DNA of 64,000 bases. It comes from Stegostoma tigrinum (Eukaryota). Under the pieces are notes generated by a model, which worked only from the letters and a program-made list of their open reading frames with translations, searched no databases and was not told the origin of the DNA. The stretch spans positions 19,338,226 to 19,402,225 of the forward strand of contig NC_081354.1 of NCBI RefSeq assembly GCF_030684315.1. Direction: 5' to 3'. This document shows, piece after piece, positions 11,390 through 22,680 of this stretch (position 1 is its first letter; each line of letters starts with the position of its first letter). The translations under genes were made by a program, and so were the position numbers.

Positions 11390-12566
11390 GACTTACTTGA
11401 TTTACATAGATGATTTGGAGTTGGGGACTGTGTGTGGTGTGTCAAAATTTGCAGATTACACTAAGGTGAGTGGTACAGCAAAGTGTGCAGAAGACACTAA
11501 AGTCTACAGAGGGATATAGATTGTCTAAGTGAGTGGGCAAAGGTCTGGCAGATGGAGTACAATGTTGATAAGTGTGAGGTCATCCATTTTGGTAGGAATA
11601 ACAGCAAAATTGACTATGTTTTAAATGGTAAAAACTTGCAGCACGCTGCTGTGCAGTGGGACTTGGGTGTCCTTGTGCATGAATCGCTAAAAGTAGGATT
11701 GCAAGTGCAGCAGGCAATTAAAAAGGAATTTTAAAACAGGGAGGCTTTGCTGCAGCTGTATCGGATCCTGATGAGGCCACACTTGGAGTACTGTGTGCAG
11801 TTTTGGTCTCCTTACTGCAGAAGGGATATACTAGCACTGGAGGGGGTGCAGAGGAGATTCACTCAGTTGATTCCAAAGTTGAGAGACTTGGATTATGAGG
11901 AGAGACTGAGTAGGCTAGGATTATACTCATTGGAATTCAGGAGAATGAGGGGAGATCTTATGGAAACATATAAGATTACGAAGGGAATTGATAAGGTGAG
12001 GCAGGGAGGTTGTTTCCATTAGCAGGTGAAACTGGGACAAGGGAGCCTAGCCTCAAAATAATGGGAAGCAGATGTAGGACTGAGGTCAGGAGGAACCTCT
12101 TCACCCAAAGGGTTGTGAATCTGTGGAATTCCCTGCCCAGTGAAGCGGTTGAAGCTACCTCACTGAATGTGTTTAAGGCAAGGCTAGATAAATTTTTGAA
12201 CAGTAAAGGAATTAAGGGTAATGGTGTACATGCGGTTAAGTGGAGATGAGTCTCAAAAAGATCAGCCATGATCTTATTAAGATAATAAAGTGTGGAGCTG
12301 GATGAACACAGCAGGCCAGGCAGCATCTCAGGAGCACAAAAGCTGACGTTTCGGGCATAGAGGGTCTAGACCCGAAACGTCAGCTTTTGTGCTCCTGAAT
12401 GCTGCTTGGCCTGCTGTGTTCATCCAGCTCCACACTTTATTATCTTGGATTCTCCAGCATCTGCAGTTCCCATTATCACAGCCAAGATCTTATTGAATGG
12501 CAGGGCAGGCTCGAGGGGCTGGATGGCCTACTCCTGCTCCTAGTTCTTATGTTATTATGTTCTTAT
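11390..12566 (+). mobile_element. Younger 5'-truncated CR1 LINE
   Basis: ORFs 11552..11734, 11747..12022 and 12010..12249 (YNVDKCEVIHFG; RPHLEYCVQFWSP; FTQRVVNLWNSLP); tail (TTCTTATG)n at ~12543-12566. Confidence 0.92.
12279..12478. mobile_element. Young PLE fold-back mini-insertion, family A
   Basis: Near-perfect ~75 bp inverted arms meeting at ~12360, right-hand tail; TSD CAGCCA(T/A)GATCTTATT at 12263-12278 and 12479-12494. Confidence 0.9.
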
Positions 12567-13154
12567 CAGAGAGAGTATGGTGAAGGTTCACGAGATTGAT
12601 TCCTTGAATGAGGCAGTTATTTTATGATCAGAAGCTGAGTAAATTGGACTTTGATTCTCTAGAAGTTGTAAGAATAAAAGTGATTTAATCAACATTTACA
12701 AGATTCTGAACTAGATTGATGGGACACATATCAAGAGGTTGAAATGGTGGGGGAATCTTGAACATGGGAGCACAGTTCGAGGATAAAGGGTTTGCCATTT
12801 TGGGCCAAGACGATGAAAAATTTCTTCACTCAAAGGGTTGTAACCCTTCAGAATTCTCTACCCATGAGATTTGTGGATGATTGTTTATTGAATATATTTA
12901 AGGATAGGCTAGACAAACATTTAGTTTCTCATGGCATCAAGGGGTACATTGAATGGGCAGAAATGTGGAGTTGAGGATAAAGATCAGTAATGATCATTAT
13001 GAATGGTGCAGTAGCCTCAATGCTTGGCATGTTCTCCTATTGCTCCTATTTCTTATGTTGTTAATGGTGAATAATTAGGCCTTGTGCTACTTAAATTACT
13101 GACTATTTTGTGTATTAATGTGACAAATTAAATTCCATTTGTACCTTTTTTAAG

Positions 13155-13249
13155 TCCTGTTTGATGCTGCAAGAGAAGAGATTAGTGAAGAAAATCAGGA
13201 GAATGAAGGGAATGAGGAAAACTCATCCTCAAGAGGCTCATCTCATTGG
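13155..13249 (+). other. Candidate spliced exon (95 nt) of an unidentified host transcript
   Basis: CCTTTTTTAAG acceptor, TGG|GTATGT donor, purine-rich body; open in two frames (LFDAAREEISEENQENEGNEENSSSRGSSHW or SCLMLQEKRLVKKIRR...). Confidence 0.35.
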
Positions 13250-13269
13250 GTATGTCATATTATGTCTGA

Positions 13270-14790
13270 ATTTTTTGTTTACAAACAACAACATTTATGC
13301 ACAGTACACTTAATTTCCCCAAAGTAAACTTCTTCTCCCACCAGTAACCAATCTGGGCAATCCCCCTTTTGGTCACCCACTTCCTCCAAAAAACACAGAC
13401 AGAGAGAGCACCAGGAGGCTGCCGGGAAGGTAAGGATGTTTTCCCCACTTTAAAAAGCTTACCTCGAGCGGGAGCAGTCTTCATATATTTGGGCAGCGGC
13501 TGAACCCGAGACACTACACATGTAGTGTCTCCCACCCGCCCTCCTCCTCTAACCAAAAAATAATGACTCGGTGATGTGTAGATAAGGTAAGGCTTTTTCT
13601 ATTTCACGTTTCTTTATATATATCGTGTGATTGCCAAAAACTTTTTGGCACCTTCTTCATTTACCTAAGTTAAGTTTAATAATGTCAGGAGACCTCCCAC
13701 CCGTGTTGTGCTCGTCTTGCTCAACGTGGGAGCTCAGGGACAGGGCTGATGTCTCTGACTCCTTCACGTGCAGGAAGTGTGTCCAGCTGCAGCTCTTGTT
13801 AGACCGCATGATGGCTCTGGAGTGGCAGATGGACTCACTTTGGAGCGTACACAATGAAGAGGGGGGCGTGGATAGCACGTTTAGCAAGTTGGTCACACCA
13901 CAGATTAGGATTGCTGAGGGAGATAGCAAATGGGTGACCAAAAGGCAGAGGAAGAGCAGGAAGGCAGTGCAGGTGTCCCCTGCGGTCATCTCCCTCCAAA
14001 ACAGGTATTCTGTTCTGGATACTGTTGGGGGAGATGGCTCACCAGGGGAAGGCAGCAATAGCCAGGTTCAAGGCACCGTGGCTGGCTCTGCTGTACAGCA
14101 CAGTGGGAAAAAGAGTGGAAGGGCGATAGTCATTGGGGATTCAATTGTAAGGGGAGTAGATAGGTGGTTCTGCGGTCGAAAACGGGACTCCCGAATGGTA
14201 TGTTGCCTCCCAGGTGCATGGGTCAGGGATGTCTCCGATCGGCTGCAGAACATTCTGAAGGGGGAGGGTGAACAGCCAGTTGTTGTGGTGTGTATAGGCA
14301 CCAACGATATAGGCAGAAAACGGGATGAGGTCCTACAAGCAGAATTTAGGGAGTAAGGAGCCAAGTTAAAAAGTAGGATCTCAAAGGTAGTAATCTCAGG
14401 ATTGCTACCAGTGTCACGTGTTAGTCAGTGCAGAAATGAAAGAATATCCAGGATGAATGCGTGGCTTGAGAGATGGTGTAGGAGGGAGGGGTTCAGAGTT
14501 TTGGGACATTGGAACCGGTTCTGGGGAAGGTGGGACTATTACAAATTGGACGGTCTACACCTGAGCCGGACTGGAACCAATGTCCTTGGGGGTGCTTTTG
14601 CTAATGCTGTGGGGGAGGGTTTAAACTAATGTGGCAGGGGGATGGGAACCAAATATTGGACAGAAAAGAGGTAGTAATGAAAGCCTGTAGGGAACTAGAT
14701 AATGGAGTCAGTGTGCCTAAAGGGAATAGTAGTTGGGGAGCAGATGATGAACACAAAGGGACAGGTGATCTGAGGTGCATTTGTTTTAAT
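13270..14790 (+). mobile_element. Young CR1 LINE 5' portion (5' UTR, ORF1, start of ORF2), 3'-truncated
   Basis: GC-richer leader, ORF1, then ORF2 start MWQGDGNQ...LRCICFN (first endonuclease motif), after which similarity stops. Confidence 0.85.
13682..14629 (+). pseudogene. CR1 ORF1p: CxxC-x16-CxxC zinc finger, coiled coil and SGNH/GDSL esterase; one nonsense codon
   Basis: ATG 13682; CSSC...CRKC; IVIGDSIVRG, LPGA, IGTND, LDGLH. In-frame TAA at 14354-14356 (FRE*GAKLKSR); normal stop TAA at 14627-14629. Confidence 0.9.
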
Positions 14791-14929
14791 GTTTTAAATT
14801 TGTTTAGCCAATGCAGGCCTCATTGGCTGGTGTAGTATTTATTGTCCATCTCTAATTGCCCAGTGACAGCAAGGTAGTTCCAACACAGAGTGGGAAATTT
14901 ACAGGTTGAGGTGTTCCAATCCGTTGGCT

Positions 14930-15240
14930 TTTTAAAAATGTATTTCCTCATGTCACCAGCAAGGCCAGCAATTGTTGCCCATCCCTAACTGCCCTTGAAC
15001 AGAGGTGAGTCACATGTCAGCCAGACCAGGAAAGGACCGAAAATTTCCTCCTCTAAAAGGCATGAGTGAAGCAAGTGGTGTTCTTACAATAACTTCATGG
15101 TCACCGTTAAACTAATTTGTATCTCCAGATTTGAGTTACTTGGATTGAAATTCCAGCAATTGCCAAAACAGGATCTGAACCTGTGTCTTCAGAGCAGTGG
15201 TCTGGATCTGCAAATTACTAAACTCATGGCACCACCTGCC
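14930..15240 (-). mobile_element. tRNA-derived SINE (same family as 57430-57757)
   Basis: Shared body GAGTCACATGT...CAGACCAGG..AGGA...TCCTCCTCTAAAAGGCATGAGTGAA; B-box-like GGTTCAGATCC on minus strand. Confidence 0.6.
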
Positions 15241-15299
15241 GAAGCCTGCTAGGTGCGAGAGGTCATGGGTTGGAAGGTATTGCTGATGGATCCAGGTGA

Positions 15300-15785
15300 T
15301 TTATTGATATAGCAATCGAAAATGTTTGGTCCCCTCAGAGACACTATGCTTTGAAGCTCTGTAGTCATGTTTTGGTACTGAGAAGCATAGGTGACTGGAG
15401 AAAATAATGGGTCTTAAGTAGGTCAAATAGAAAAGAGTGGAAAAAGTACCAAAGTGAAGATTTCTGATGGGGTGGAAGATGAGACAAATTAAATGACAAA
15501 AGAGATTGCTTTGCAATACCAAAAATAGTAATAATATGAATAGGCCATGAAAAGAAACAAAAGGTTGGTCCATAAGAGGATTGGATGGCAAACTATCAGA
15601 ATCAACAGCTAGATGATGGGCAAAAGGAAGATAGTTAGGATGGGCCACTGTAAAGGGTAAGAGACAAAATGGGGAGGGGTGTTCAGAAAGAGATGACACG
15701 TTTCTGCCTCATCACAGTTCCTATCCCTTTTCACCCTGCGTCATTTCACCTCCTGATTATTTCTGGTTTTGACAAAAGGTCTTTC
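15300..15785. mobile_element. Old PLE 3'/pseudo-LTR remnant
   Basis: Purine-rich stretch resembling 62540-62740, followed by a short pyrimidine-rich inverted segment ending TTTTGACAAAAGG. Confidence 0.35.
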
Positions 15786-16034
15786 TGAGGTGGTAGGAGT
15801 TTTGCCAGCTGGCTGAAGAGCTGCCTAAAATACCCAAGCTGATTGTTTAAGGCGGGGACCGCCAAAACAAACAGCTACACCACTGGTGGACTTTCAGTTG
15901 GAATTAAGGCCCAATGGAAGCAGAAGCTTTGCCAGCAAGAACTGCTGGACACTTCAGAAGCACTTGGCTGCATCATGCAGGGGACCCTGATGGCTGAAGC
16001 TGAAAGGCTACTGAGGATTGCAGAGGAGCACTGA

Positions 16035-16625
16035 GTGTAGAAGTTGGCAGGCCATGTTGTAGCTGAGCAGAATATTAGTCAAGTCACTTTTGGAATACTA
16101 CATTCAATTCTGGTCACCCTGCTATAGGAAAGTTGCTGTTATACTTAAAAGGGTGCAGAAAAGATTTACAAGGCTGTTGCTAGGGTTGGGAGGTTTGAAC
16201 TATAGGGAGGGCTGGGGCTATTTTCCCTGGAGCTTTGAAGGCTGAGGGGTGACCTTTATTAAAGTTTCTAAAATCATGAGGCACATAGATAGGGTCAATA
16301 GCTAAGGTCTTTTTCCAAAGGTAGGGGTGTCCAAAAGTAAATGGCATAGGTATAAGGTGAGAGGGGCAAGATTTAAAAGGCATCTACAGGACAACTTTTT
16401 CATGCAGAGGGTGGTGTGTGCATGGAACGAGCTGCCAGAGTAAGTGATGGAGGCTGTACAATTACAACACTTAAAAGGCATCTGGATGGGTACATGAATA
16501 CGAAGGGCTTAGAGGGACTTGGACAAAATGCTGGCAAATGGACTTAGATTAATTTAGGATATCTGGTTGGCATGGACCAGTTTGGCCAAAAGGTCTGCTT
16601 CCAAGCTGTACGACTCTATGACCAC
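16035..16625 (+). mobile_element. CR1 3' fragment
   Basis: CAATTCTGGTCACCCTGCTATAGGAA (QFWSPCYR), TTCATGCAGAGGGTGGTG, ACTCTATGA tail. Confidence 0.88.
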
Positions 16626-16679
16626 AGACTAAGGGAAGTGATTTGTGTGTGGGCCACAGGACAGGTAGCACCTAATACG

Positions 16680-16990
16680 AGTGTATAAGGTTATGAGGAC
16701 ATGATGAATAGAAAGTAGCGCTTCCCCTTCATTGAAGGGTCAATAACAAGAGGATGTTATGTTAAAGAGAAAGGCAGGAGGTTGAGAGGAGCTTTGAGGA
16801 AAATGTTTTTATCCAGGTCAGGGGAATATGGAAAGCATTATCTGAGAGATTAGTTGAGGCAGGAAATGTCACATCTTTTGAATGAGCATTTGAAGTCTAA
16901 TAACATTGAAGGCTATTGACCTAGTGCAAGGTAGCGGGACGAGTGTAGTTAGTAGCATTTTTTGGCAGTACAGGCTTGACTGTATGATTG
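16680..16990 (+). mobile_element. CR1 3' fragment (same subfamily as 4815-5165)
   Basis: GAAGGGTCAATAACAAGAGG...GAAAATGTTTTTATCCAG similar to 4875-4960. Confidence 0.6.
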
Positions 16991-17175
16991 TTTGAGGGGA
17001 CAGAGGTCATGGGGTAAGTGGGGCAGGGGTTCTCGATAGCAAGACCATAGGGGTGGATCTCAGTCTGACACTGTCCTGTTCCATGTACAGCCACTCAATC
17101 AGGTACCGACCCAATAACTCAGGTGGACTAGTTGCCTGCACAGGTTGACCTGTCAGGCAAGTAGCATGGCAACAG

Positions 17176-17303
17176 AGATAGTAGGAACTGCTGATGCTTG
17201 AGAATCTGATATAACAAGCTGTAGACCTGGATGAACACAGCAGGCTAAGCAGCATCAGAGGAGCGGGAAAGCTGATGTTTCAGGTCTGGACCGTTCTTCA
17301 GAA
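17176..17303 (-). mobile_element. Single-arm PLE pseudo-LTR insertion, family A
   Basis: Tail plus arm up to the hammerhead; flanked by ATGG(C/A)AACAG at ~17166-17175 and ~17304-17313. Confidence 0.75.
17274..17301 (-). ncRNA. Minimal hammerhead ribozyme motif with intact core boxes
   Basis: Minus strand CTGAAGA-AC-GGTC-CA-GACC-T-GAAA-CA-TC. Confidence 0.6.
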
Positions 17304-18080
17304 ATGGAAACAGGACTCCTTTCAGGTGGGTCGATTCTAGTGATGGTGAACTGAGGCGATGAAGTGGACTTCAACTGACCACCTTAAGGGCCTAATGTAT
17401 TGGTGGGATGAGATGGTTTACTATAGAAATTCCCCACCCAAACATAATTCAGTCAAAGGGGGAAGGTGATGGTGTCAGATACACCACCACCTCACCTCAT
17501 TACATGGCCTTCCAAAACTCGCCAACTCCCAGAGCATAATGTTCTACTCTGCTTTTCTCTCTCGCAGGTGTTGCCAGACCTGCCGAGTATTTCCAATGTC
17601 TTCTGCTTTCAATCCAGAATTTCAGCACTTACAGTATTTTGCTTTTATATTTGGAATCCATTTGACTATCCAACAGGAGGAGAATACCTTCATCTTATTA
17701 TTACGAACTGCATGAATTTGAAACTGTCTCAGAGAAAAAGAGAGAAATAGGTCAATGCCCAATCCATCCATTCTTGATTTTTAATGATGCAATTTCAACA
17801 ATTCAATGTCTTAGGCAAACTGGAATTGTCATTTACCATCATAAAGTATTCATGTCATGCTCTATGTTTCAGGAAAAGAAACACTTGAGATACCACAAGT
17901 TTAAAGCTATAAAAACAGGCATCACCTCATTTGGAAAAATCCTTAGCAGTGTTTTAGAAATGAGGGTAAATCAAAAATTTCTTCTTTGCTCAGTGACACA
18001 TTGGAAAAGACTGTGATGAGTCAGATATTACTTTTGGAGAGTTTCATTCAACTAACACAGAACTCCTTGGTCTTTTTCAG

Positions 18081-18167
18081 CTGGCCTCATCATTGTATGA
18101 ATCATTTGACTACTTTGCAATCCAAAATGTAAACGAAGAAGTCAGATGCTCAGTCTCATCCAGATGA
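18081..18167 (+). other. Candidate terminal coding exon segment
   Basis: Strong acceptor CCTTGGTCTTTTTCAG; phase-0 frame LASSLYESFDYFAIQNVNEEVRCSVSSR* in non-repeat sequence. Confidence 0.25.
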
Positions 18168-18939
18168 ATCTTCAACATACACGTGAAAGTAGAAGACTAT
18201 TTTCAAAATTGACTTTGTTCATATTTTAAATTGTTCACCATTTCAGGAAGACTGAGAGTCAAGCCTGCTTTCTAACTGGAGACTTGGCTGTTGCCATGTG
18301 TTAACAGAAGCTATGTCAGGTCAGAAGATTGAGTGCAGCACCAGTTGAAACTCTGTGGATCAGAGAGATGAACAAGTTCATTGCCTTTTCTGTTGCCAGC
18401 TACTGTATGGGGTGAGGCACCAAATGGTGCAGAACCATCATCCCAGGAGGACTTTAGGAATGGAATGGATGCAAGATCTCCACAAAAGGAGGCCATGGGA
18501 GAAAAATTGTTGATCCATTACTACACATTAATTTAACAGCACAAAAAATCATAAATCTGTGATTTTGAGAGATCCAATCTATTTTTACAGTTGAAGTTCA
18601 TTTAAAGGTTATGATCATGGAGTGTAGTGACAGTTGTGATGTTTAGACCGCAGAATTGTGCAACACTGTGGAAAGTTGCATTGGCCCCTCCCTGAGTTTC
18701 CTGTTTTCAGCTTTTGGTGATTCTGCAAGATGTTTGCCAAGCCATCATTGCAACTCAGAAAAGGAAAAAAAAATCAAAGTTTTAACTTTTTTTAAAAATG
18801 GTTGCTCATGAGATGTGTACATCATTGGTTTCACCAGCATTTTATGCCCATCACTAGGTGCCCTGAGGAATGTAATGGAGAGCTGCATTCTTGAACCAGA
18901 TCAGTCTATAAGGTGTAGAAACACCCAGAGTGGTGTTAT

Positions 18940-19705
18940 AAAACATGGAACATAGAACACAGAACAGTGCAGCACAGTACAGACCCTTTAACCCACGATG
19001 TTGTGCTGAACTTTTACACCAAACCTAAGGTCTATCTAACCTCCATCCCTACCTTATATTATGCCTATCTGTCTAATAGCCGCTTAAATGCTCCAAATGA
19101 GGGCGACTCCACTACCCTCTCCAGCTATGCATTCCACACTCCTACTATTCTCTGAGTAAGGAACCTACTTCTGACATGTCCCCTATATCTGCCTCCACTC
19201 ATCTTAAAACGATATCCCCTCGTAATAGCTACTTCCACCCTAAGAAAAAGTTTCTGGCTGCCCACACTATCTATACCTCTGATCATTTTGTACACTTCTA
19301 ACAAGTCACCTCTCATCCTTCGTCGTATAAAGAGAAAAGCCCTAGCTCTCTCAACCTTTCCTCGTAAGACCGTCCCTCATGCCAGGCAACATCCTGGGAA
19401 ATCTCCTTTGCACCTTTTCCAACACTTACACATCTTTCCTGTAATGAGGCGACCAGAACTGGACACAATACTCCGGATGTGGCCGAACCAGGGTTTTGTA
19501 CAGCTGGAGTATAACTTCACGGCTCTTGAACTCAATCCCTCCATTAATGAAAGCTAACGCACCATACAGCTTCTAACAACTCTATCCACCTGGGTGGCAG
19601 CTTTCAGGGAACTGTGGACATGAATCCCAAGATCTCTCTGCTCCTCCACACTGCCAAGAATCTGTATGTTAACGCTGTATTCTGCTTTCATGTTTGTCCT
19701 TCCAA
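18940..19705 (-). mobile_element. CR1 3' fragment (same subfamily as 835-1375)
   Basis: ORFs 19125..19316 and 19554..19766 (QRDLGIHVHSSLK; RGDLLEVYKMIRG); long near-identical stretches with 835-1375. Confidence 0.92.
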
Positions 19706-19789
19706 ATATGGAATATAGAAATGGATTGTCTGACATTATGGCACAGATATGTGGTTTGAAGCTCATCTCAGGGTCATGATTGTGAGCAG

Positions 19790-20830
19790 TCTAAACTTTG
19801 AAGAGTCTGTGAAGGGATATAGATAAGTTAGGTGAACAGGCAAAAAGTTGACAAATGAAGTATAGTGTGGAAAATTGTGATCTTGTTCACATTGGTAGGA
19901 CAAATGGACAAACTATATAGAACGTAACTGGAGAGATATTTCTAAATTCTGTGGTACTAAGGGATCTGGGACTTCTGGTATGCGAATCAGAGCATATTAG
20001 TATGCTGGTGCAGCAATTGATAAGAAATACAAATGAACAATGTTGTTAGAAGAGGAATGGAATATAAACACATGGACAACTTGCTACAATTGTACAGGGT
20101 GTTGATGTAACCACATTTGGAGAAATGTTTAAGATGTGGTCTTTTTACTTGAGAAAAAATGTAATTGCAATAGAAGCGTATTGGAGAAACATATGAAATA
20201 GGAGCAGAAGACAACATTCGGTCTCTCAAGCCTGCTCCACCACTCAATAATTTGTATTTAAAATCCCACATTTCCAGCTATACCCTCTGCAACGTTCTAA
20301 TACTCCCACCACCACCATTCCCTTCCCACCCGGATATCTAGAATTGATCCATCAATGTCATCAAAATACTTATCTGTTCTCACTTGAATGATCCCTGGAA
20401 TGAAGGTATTGCTGAAAAGGAAAGTTGGACAGGTTGGGCCTATAATTAATGAAGCTTAAAAGAATGAGAATTGATCTTTTTAAAACTTCTAAGATGTAGA
20501 TGGGATTTGACAGTAGATGCTGGGATGATACTTCTCCTTATGGGAGGGACTAGAACTTTGGGACACAGTTTAAAAATGAGAGGTCTCTATTTAAAATGGC
20601 GATGGGGTTTATTTTTACATTCTGGAGTCATTCGTCTAAGCTATTCTCTGTCCCAGTTTGCAATGGAGGCAGGATCAATAAATATACTCAGGGTCAAGTT
20701 AGAGAGATTCTTGAATGACAAGGGATTCAAATAACACTGGAGGGAGAAAGGGAAGTAGGACTGAGGCCAAAATGAGATTTGATCTTTCAAACAGCAAAGC
20801 AGCTCCTGCTCCTTATTCATTTGCTCAAAC
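19790..20830 (+). mobile_element. Old CR1 3' remnant with an internal opposite-strand fragment (~20190-20400)
   Basis: Degenerate post-RT coding; ORF 20471..20734 (TLGHSLK...LERFLNDKG). Confidence 0.65.
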
Positions 20831-21248
20831 ATTTGTCAGGAGAGGAATAAAGATGTTCACAAGGAGTTTACAGTATGGAGCAAAGACAGTGGTCTGCCTC
20901 TTACCAAAACCTAATTGCAAGAAATTTTCGGCTCTGCTAGATGTCAGACAAGCAATTTGATAACTGGGTTATAGTAGATGAATTAAGAGGAGGATAGTAA
21001 TGAAAAGCTGGATGTTGATGAATGTGTGAACACACTGACAATGTGCTCTTGGATAACGCTGCAGAGTAGCACCATGCAAATGAAAATTTGGATAGAACCT
21101 TGGCATAACGTGGGAAGAGAAGTTAGTGGCAGTGATATTCTGACTATGGTTAGATAGATGAGAATAGGGGAGGCAAATCAATGTTCTGAAATACTGGAAA
21201 ACAGTGCAGCCAACTGAAAATATCTGCAGAAGAGAAACACTTTTTTCA

Positions 21249-21371
<123 letters not shown>

Positions 21372-21700
21372 TCACAGCTGCAGCCATCTGTGCATGACTT
21401 GTGCACTGAAAAGTACCCAAAAAGTTTCTATGTTAAATTTTGCAAAGAGCCATATAATTCAGGCCACTGATAAACAATTTTTGTTTGGTTATCAAACTCT
21501 GCATATTTGGCAAATATAATGTTAAAACCATTTTGTGAAACAGTGCTGTTCTACGTGCAAAATGAGTCTCTGTCCTATTAATGTAACAATTTACGTCCAA
21601 AGTCTAAAAATGGAACTTAAGTTTTCATCATATAAATAGCAATGTTAGCAAGTCACGAAGAATTTCTATAAAATTAATGCAAACAAAAAAGTTTCACAAT

Positions 21701-21960
21701 TGTTAGGGCTGCCCATAACTGACTGCACAAAATGGCTGTTAAGGCTGCCGATATACAAAATGACTGTGACGGCTGCCCAAAACTATTGCTGACAAACATT
21801 TTCTCGAGGTCACAACTGATCCATAAGAAGATCATAAGAAGAAAAAATAAGTAGAACAATAGCAACTCTGCAAGCCATAGAACATTTGACGCTAAAGACA
21901 AGATAACAACATTTGACATTTGATTCAACTCTGTAAGCCATAGATAAAACATTTAACATT
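21701..21960. repeat. Cluster of degenerate short direct repeats
   Basis: TGT(T/G)A(G/A/C)GGCTGCC x3 (21701, ~21737, ~21764) and CAACTCTG(C/T)AAGCCATAGA x2 (~21862, ~21926). Confidence 0.55.
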
Positions 21961-22084
21961 TGCAGCTCACACGAAAGATAATATTTGAACAATAACACAT
22001 TAGACCACCTCATACTAATTAGTTGTTTAATCAACAATTATAGATTATACTTAGTTCATAAAAGGATTCAATGATGAAGGGAGG

Positions 22085-22680
22085 AAAGAATGATGAAACA
22101 GTTCCAAGTAAGGAAGATGTGTGACTGAGAGGAAGGTTTGCAGGTGATGGTTTCCCAATGTCCTTCTATCTGGTAGAGGTTGCAGGTTTGGAAAGTGCTG
22201 TCGAAAGAGCCATGGTGAGTATACTACAGTCCATCCTGTAGATGGTAGACACTGCTGTCATTGTGCATCAGTGGCAAAGGGAGTGAATGTTGAACATGGC
22301 CGATGGGATGCAAATCGAGTGGGCTCTTCATCCTAGATGGTGTTAAAGGTTATTGAAACAGCATCCATTCAGACAAGTTATGAGTATTTCTTCACACTCC
22401 TGATGAGACTGGGGACAGGTTTTGGAGAGGCAGGAGGTGAGTTACTCATGGCAGAACTTCCAGCCTCTGATCTGTTTTTTTTAAATTCCTTCAGGGAATG
22501 CGATAGGTAAATACCAGTTCGGCCAACATTTTCCACCCATCCCTAAATGTCCAGAGGGCAGCTAAGTGTCTGTCATATTGCTGTGGGTCTGGAATCACAT
22601 AAAGGGCAGACCAGGTAAGGATGACCGTTTCCTTCCTAAAGGACATTAGCGAACCAGATGGTTTTTTTCCTGACAATCTG
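22085..22680 (-). mobile_element. LINE 3' fragment (family of 5715-6865) plus SINE tail
   Basis: CATCCTGTAGATGGTAGACACTGCTG and ACACTCCTGA...GAGTTACTC match 6100-6560; 22490-22680 matches the SINE body at 57440-57600. Confidence 0.65.

Larger units (their letters stand above)
10330..13040 (+). mobile_element. Old CR1 ORF2/3' UTR remnant split by a younger CR1 (11390-12566)
   Basis: Degenerate RT (GATTTCCAAAAGACATTCAATAAG = DFQKTFNK). Coding breaks at ...GATATACTTGCATTAC (~11388) and resumes at AGAGAGAGTATGGTGAAGGTTCAC (~12568). Confidence 0.7.

Noticed and set aside
15790-17530. GC-richer patches (15790-16030, 17020-17530) as Harbinger MITEs
   Set aside because: Paired TIRs could not be identified.
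21701-21960. CRISPR-like array
   Set aside because: Repeats are degenerate with irregular short spacing, there are no cas genes, and the context is vertebrate.
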